From Candidatus Micrarchaeota archaeon (GTDB lineage: Archaea; Micrarchaeota; Micrarchaeia; Anstonellales; Bilamarchaeaceae), in assembly GCA_038046805.1 (NCBI GenBank), contig JBBSVO010000011.1, positions 1 to 59,463 of the forward strand: a DNA stretch of 59,463 bases. The letters run 5' to 3'. The notes beneath the pieces are model-generated. The model worked only from the letters and a program-made list of their open reading frames with translations. It was not told the DNA's origin and did not search any database. The translations under genes and the position numbers were made by a program. Within the stretch, counting starts at the first letter, position 1, and every line of letters starts with the position of its first letter. Of the stretch, positions 58,808-59,463 are shown piece after piece.

Positions 58808-59463
58808 ATGACAAACAACATCGTAGTAGGCGGTCAATATGGCGACGAAGGCAAGGGTAAAATCATTTCCTATCTTGCAATCCATGATAAGCCGGAAATC
58901 ATTGCACGTGGCGGTGTTGGGCCGAATGCGGGACATGAAGTCTGGTATAAAGGCCAAAGATTTCCCATGAGAATGCTTTCGTGCGGTTTTGTTTATGAAA
59001 ATGCCCGGATTTTGATTGGTGCAGGTGTTGCAGTTAATCCAGATGTATTCCTTAAAGAAGTCGAAATGACAAAGACGGACGGGCGTGCCGGAGTTGATCC
59101 GCGCGCAACGCTTATTACCCAGGAACACATCGAAGCAGATGCATCAAGCGCGAATTCCGCCAGAATTGGAACCACGAAAACAGGCTGCGGTCCGGCGGTT
59201 TCTGGAAGAGCGGCAAGAACTGCAAAAACAATCGCAGATTATGTTGCTGAACCAGGACATGAAGATTTCAAAAAATATCTTGCTGATGTTCCCAAGGAAG
59301 TGAACTCAGCGAAAAACGTTCTTGTGGAAGGTTCGCAGGGTTTCATGCTTTCTGTTTATTATGGAACTTATCCGTTTTGCACTTCAAAGGATACTTCTGC
59401 TTCATCTATTGCAGCAGATGTTGGTCTTGGTCCAACTAAGATTGACGACGTTACAATGGTGAT
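58808..59463 (+). CDS. purA: Adenylosuccinate synthetase (truncated by window end)
   Basis: GGQYGDEGKGK, GPNAGH, IGTTKTGCGP, EGSQG..GTYPFCTS. Confidence 0.95.
   Translation, partial: MTNNIVVGGQYGDEGKGKIISYLAIHDKPEIIARGGVGPNAGHEVWYKGQRFPMRMLSCGFVYENARILIGAGVAVNPDVFLKEVEMTKTDGRAGVDPRATLITQEHIEADASSANSARIGTTKTGCGPAVSGRAARTAKTIADYVAEPGHEDFKKYLADVPKEVNSAKNVLVEGSQGFMLSVYYGTYPFCTSKDTSASSIAADVGLGPTKIDDVTMV

Overview
Archaeal chromosomal window, most likely DPANN (Micrarchaeota-like). This lineage call is inferred from multi-intron tRNAs, gene content and Cys-rich surface repeats. Key result: nt 325-7966 is a ~7.6 kb integrative element at the 3' end of an intron-containing tRNA-Gly, bounded by an 11-bp direct repeat and encoding a tyrosine integrase. 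It carries a diversity-generating retroelement (DGR): a target gene with its variable repeat (VR 2025-2108), a template repeat (TR 1591-1680; 20 substitutions, all at TR adenines) and a DGR reverse transcriptase split by a frameshift in a G22 run. No avd gene is visible; instead the TR is enclosed by a predicted long-range-paired RNA. The element also holds a frameshifted PEP-synthase-like gene, a tandem pair of structured non-coding units and a RelE-type TA pair. A ~20 kb accessory block after tRNA-Leu splits the conserved rpoD-L18e operon. It contains a relic of a second DGR RT, an unexplained multi-hairpin element, an AbiE TA pair, transporters and SUF genes. The rest is core: ftsZ-secE-spt5, ribosomal/RNAP genes, four intron-containing tRNAs, a 12-repeat Cys-rich surface protein, A/V-type ATPase, exosome operon and purA. 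All calls come from reading the sequence; no searches were run.
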